Shown here in pieces: positions 62,600 through 64,000 of a stretch of 64,000 bases of DNA. Each line of letters starts with the position of its first letter. Position 1 is the stretch's first letter. This DNA is from Piromyces finnis finn. Lineage: Eukaryota > Fungi > Neocallimastigomycota. Made by a program: the position numbers and the translations under genes. The stretch spans positions 62,001 through 126,000 of the forward strand of contig MCFH01000037.1 in NCBI GenBank assembly GCA_002104945.1. Direction: 5' to 3'. The notes under the pieces were generated by a model, which worked only from the letters and a program-made list of their open reading frames with translations, ran no database searches and was not told where the DNA came from.

Positions 62600-64000
62600 T
62601 ATAACAACTTAAAAAATAATTAATAAATAATTAAAATCATTTAAAAAATCGCTTATTTATATTTTTGTGTTATATGTATATGTAAATAACATACTTTTTA
62701 ATATATTTATAAAGTAATAATATAGAATTTAAATTATAAAAAAGATTTTTAATAATTAGTTTCAATATATTTTTAAAAATATAAAACCTTGAATAAAAAA
62801 TCAAATAAAGTTAATACTATAATAAATCATCAATGCAATATATATAATAAAAAAAATATAGTATACCAAATAATAAAAAAAAAACTTATTATTAGAAAGA
62901 ATGATAATCTAAAAGCAAATCAATTCTAAAGACAATAATATTTTATTGTTAAAAATTGTGTTATTCATCTTAATATTAAGAAATGTGCATCTTTTATTTA
63001 TTATTATTATTTTTTTTTTGAAAATAATAATATAACACTATATTATAAAAATTATAAAAATATCAGAAATATTTAATTTTATCTCCCTTTTTTTTTTTTT
63101 TTTTTACTTTATTTTGAAACTTTTTCAACAAACTAACACTAATTTTTGGAATCTTTTTCTAAGTATTCTTTTTTTTTTTATTATTCACAAAATGTATCTA
63201 CCATTTAATATTTACAAGCTAAATCTATATTTATTATTAATATTTTTGAATGCATTAACTAAAACATAATATAATATCATGATATACTATTACTTTAACT
63301 AAAACAATTTTTTTTTTTATTTATTTGTTTATATTCTATTTAATTTATTTTAAATTAAATTTCTTTTATATTTATTTAGCAATTTCCATTTAATAATATT
63401 TGTACTACCATAAATTTAAAAGATATTCATTAAGATTTATAAAAATTTTTTACAAAAATTTAAAGTTTGTATTTATAAAAATTAAATAATAAATATATAA
63501 TATTTAAATATTTATATAGATTATAAATTGATTTATTAATATATAAAATTAATATATAAAATATGTAAGATTAGAAAATTTTATATATACGTTTCATCCA
63601 TTTTTCAATTTTATTAATTATTCTTATAAATAAAGTTTAAAAGAATGTTTTCTATTTTTTTGTATATTTTTATTTATTTCATCCAATTCTCTCCTCTATT
63701 CAATTTGTATATTATCCATATATTTATATATATATTTTAAATAATATATACAATTATTTAACTTAGAAGTGACCATAATAAAAAGTAGTAAATAAACTAA
63801 AATATTTTTTCTTTTTTTAAAGTATTAATTATTGATAAAAAGTATTGTAAAAATAGTGGAAAAACCAATTTACAACTTCCACAATTAAAAAATCTAATAA
63901 TTTAAAGTTATACAAGATCTAGAAAATTCTTATTATCTTGAGGGCGCGAAATCGACTCCCAAAAAATAATAAGAATCTTTTCTAGGATCATCAGTAAGGA

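Noticed and set aside
63935-64000. GC-rich patch containing GCGCGAAA (E2F/SBF-like site)
   Set aside because: A single 8-mer at the window edge. It may equally be the 3' end of a minus-strand CDS entering from outside (...DDPRKDSYYFLGVDFAPSR*); it cannot be resolved here.

Overview
Extremely AT-rich, intron-rich eukaryotic DNA. The poly-A/T and (ATT)n tracts, bacterial-type pyruvate formate-lyase and flagellar PGP-repeat gene are best explained by an anaerobic gut fungus (Neocallimastigomycota); this is inferred, not proven. The window has two compartments. (1) About 1-17.3 kb is an accessory region of intronless genes separated by long AT spacers: a 5'-truncated PFL, two secreted pre-pro-proteins (signal peptide plus Kex2-type KR site), an 840-aa signal-peptide-bearing RHS/YD-repeat protein, a bacterial-like GNAT acetyltransferase and a frameshifted Cys-rich, probably GPI-anchored protein. 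(2) About 19.8-62.4 kb holds densely packed multi-exon housekeeping genes: PIP5K, SGD1/NOM1, RFC5, SPT16, MIOS/SEA4, an STPG2-like gene, RPC82, adenylate kinase, an arrestin-like gene and CWF19L2. The standout is an apparent fungal-domesticated RHS polymorphic-toxin module. The domain following the RHS autocleavage motif (DETG-M) is also encoded twice as a free secreted protein, and in one copy a Kex2 site lies in the same register as the predicted RHS self-cleavage site. Multi-exon gene boundaries were read by eye and are approximate internally.
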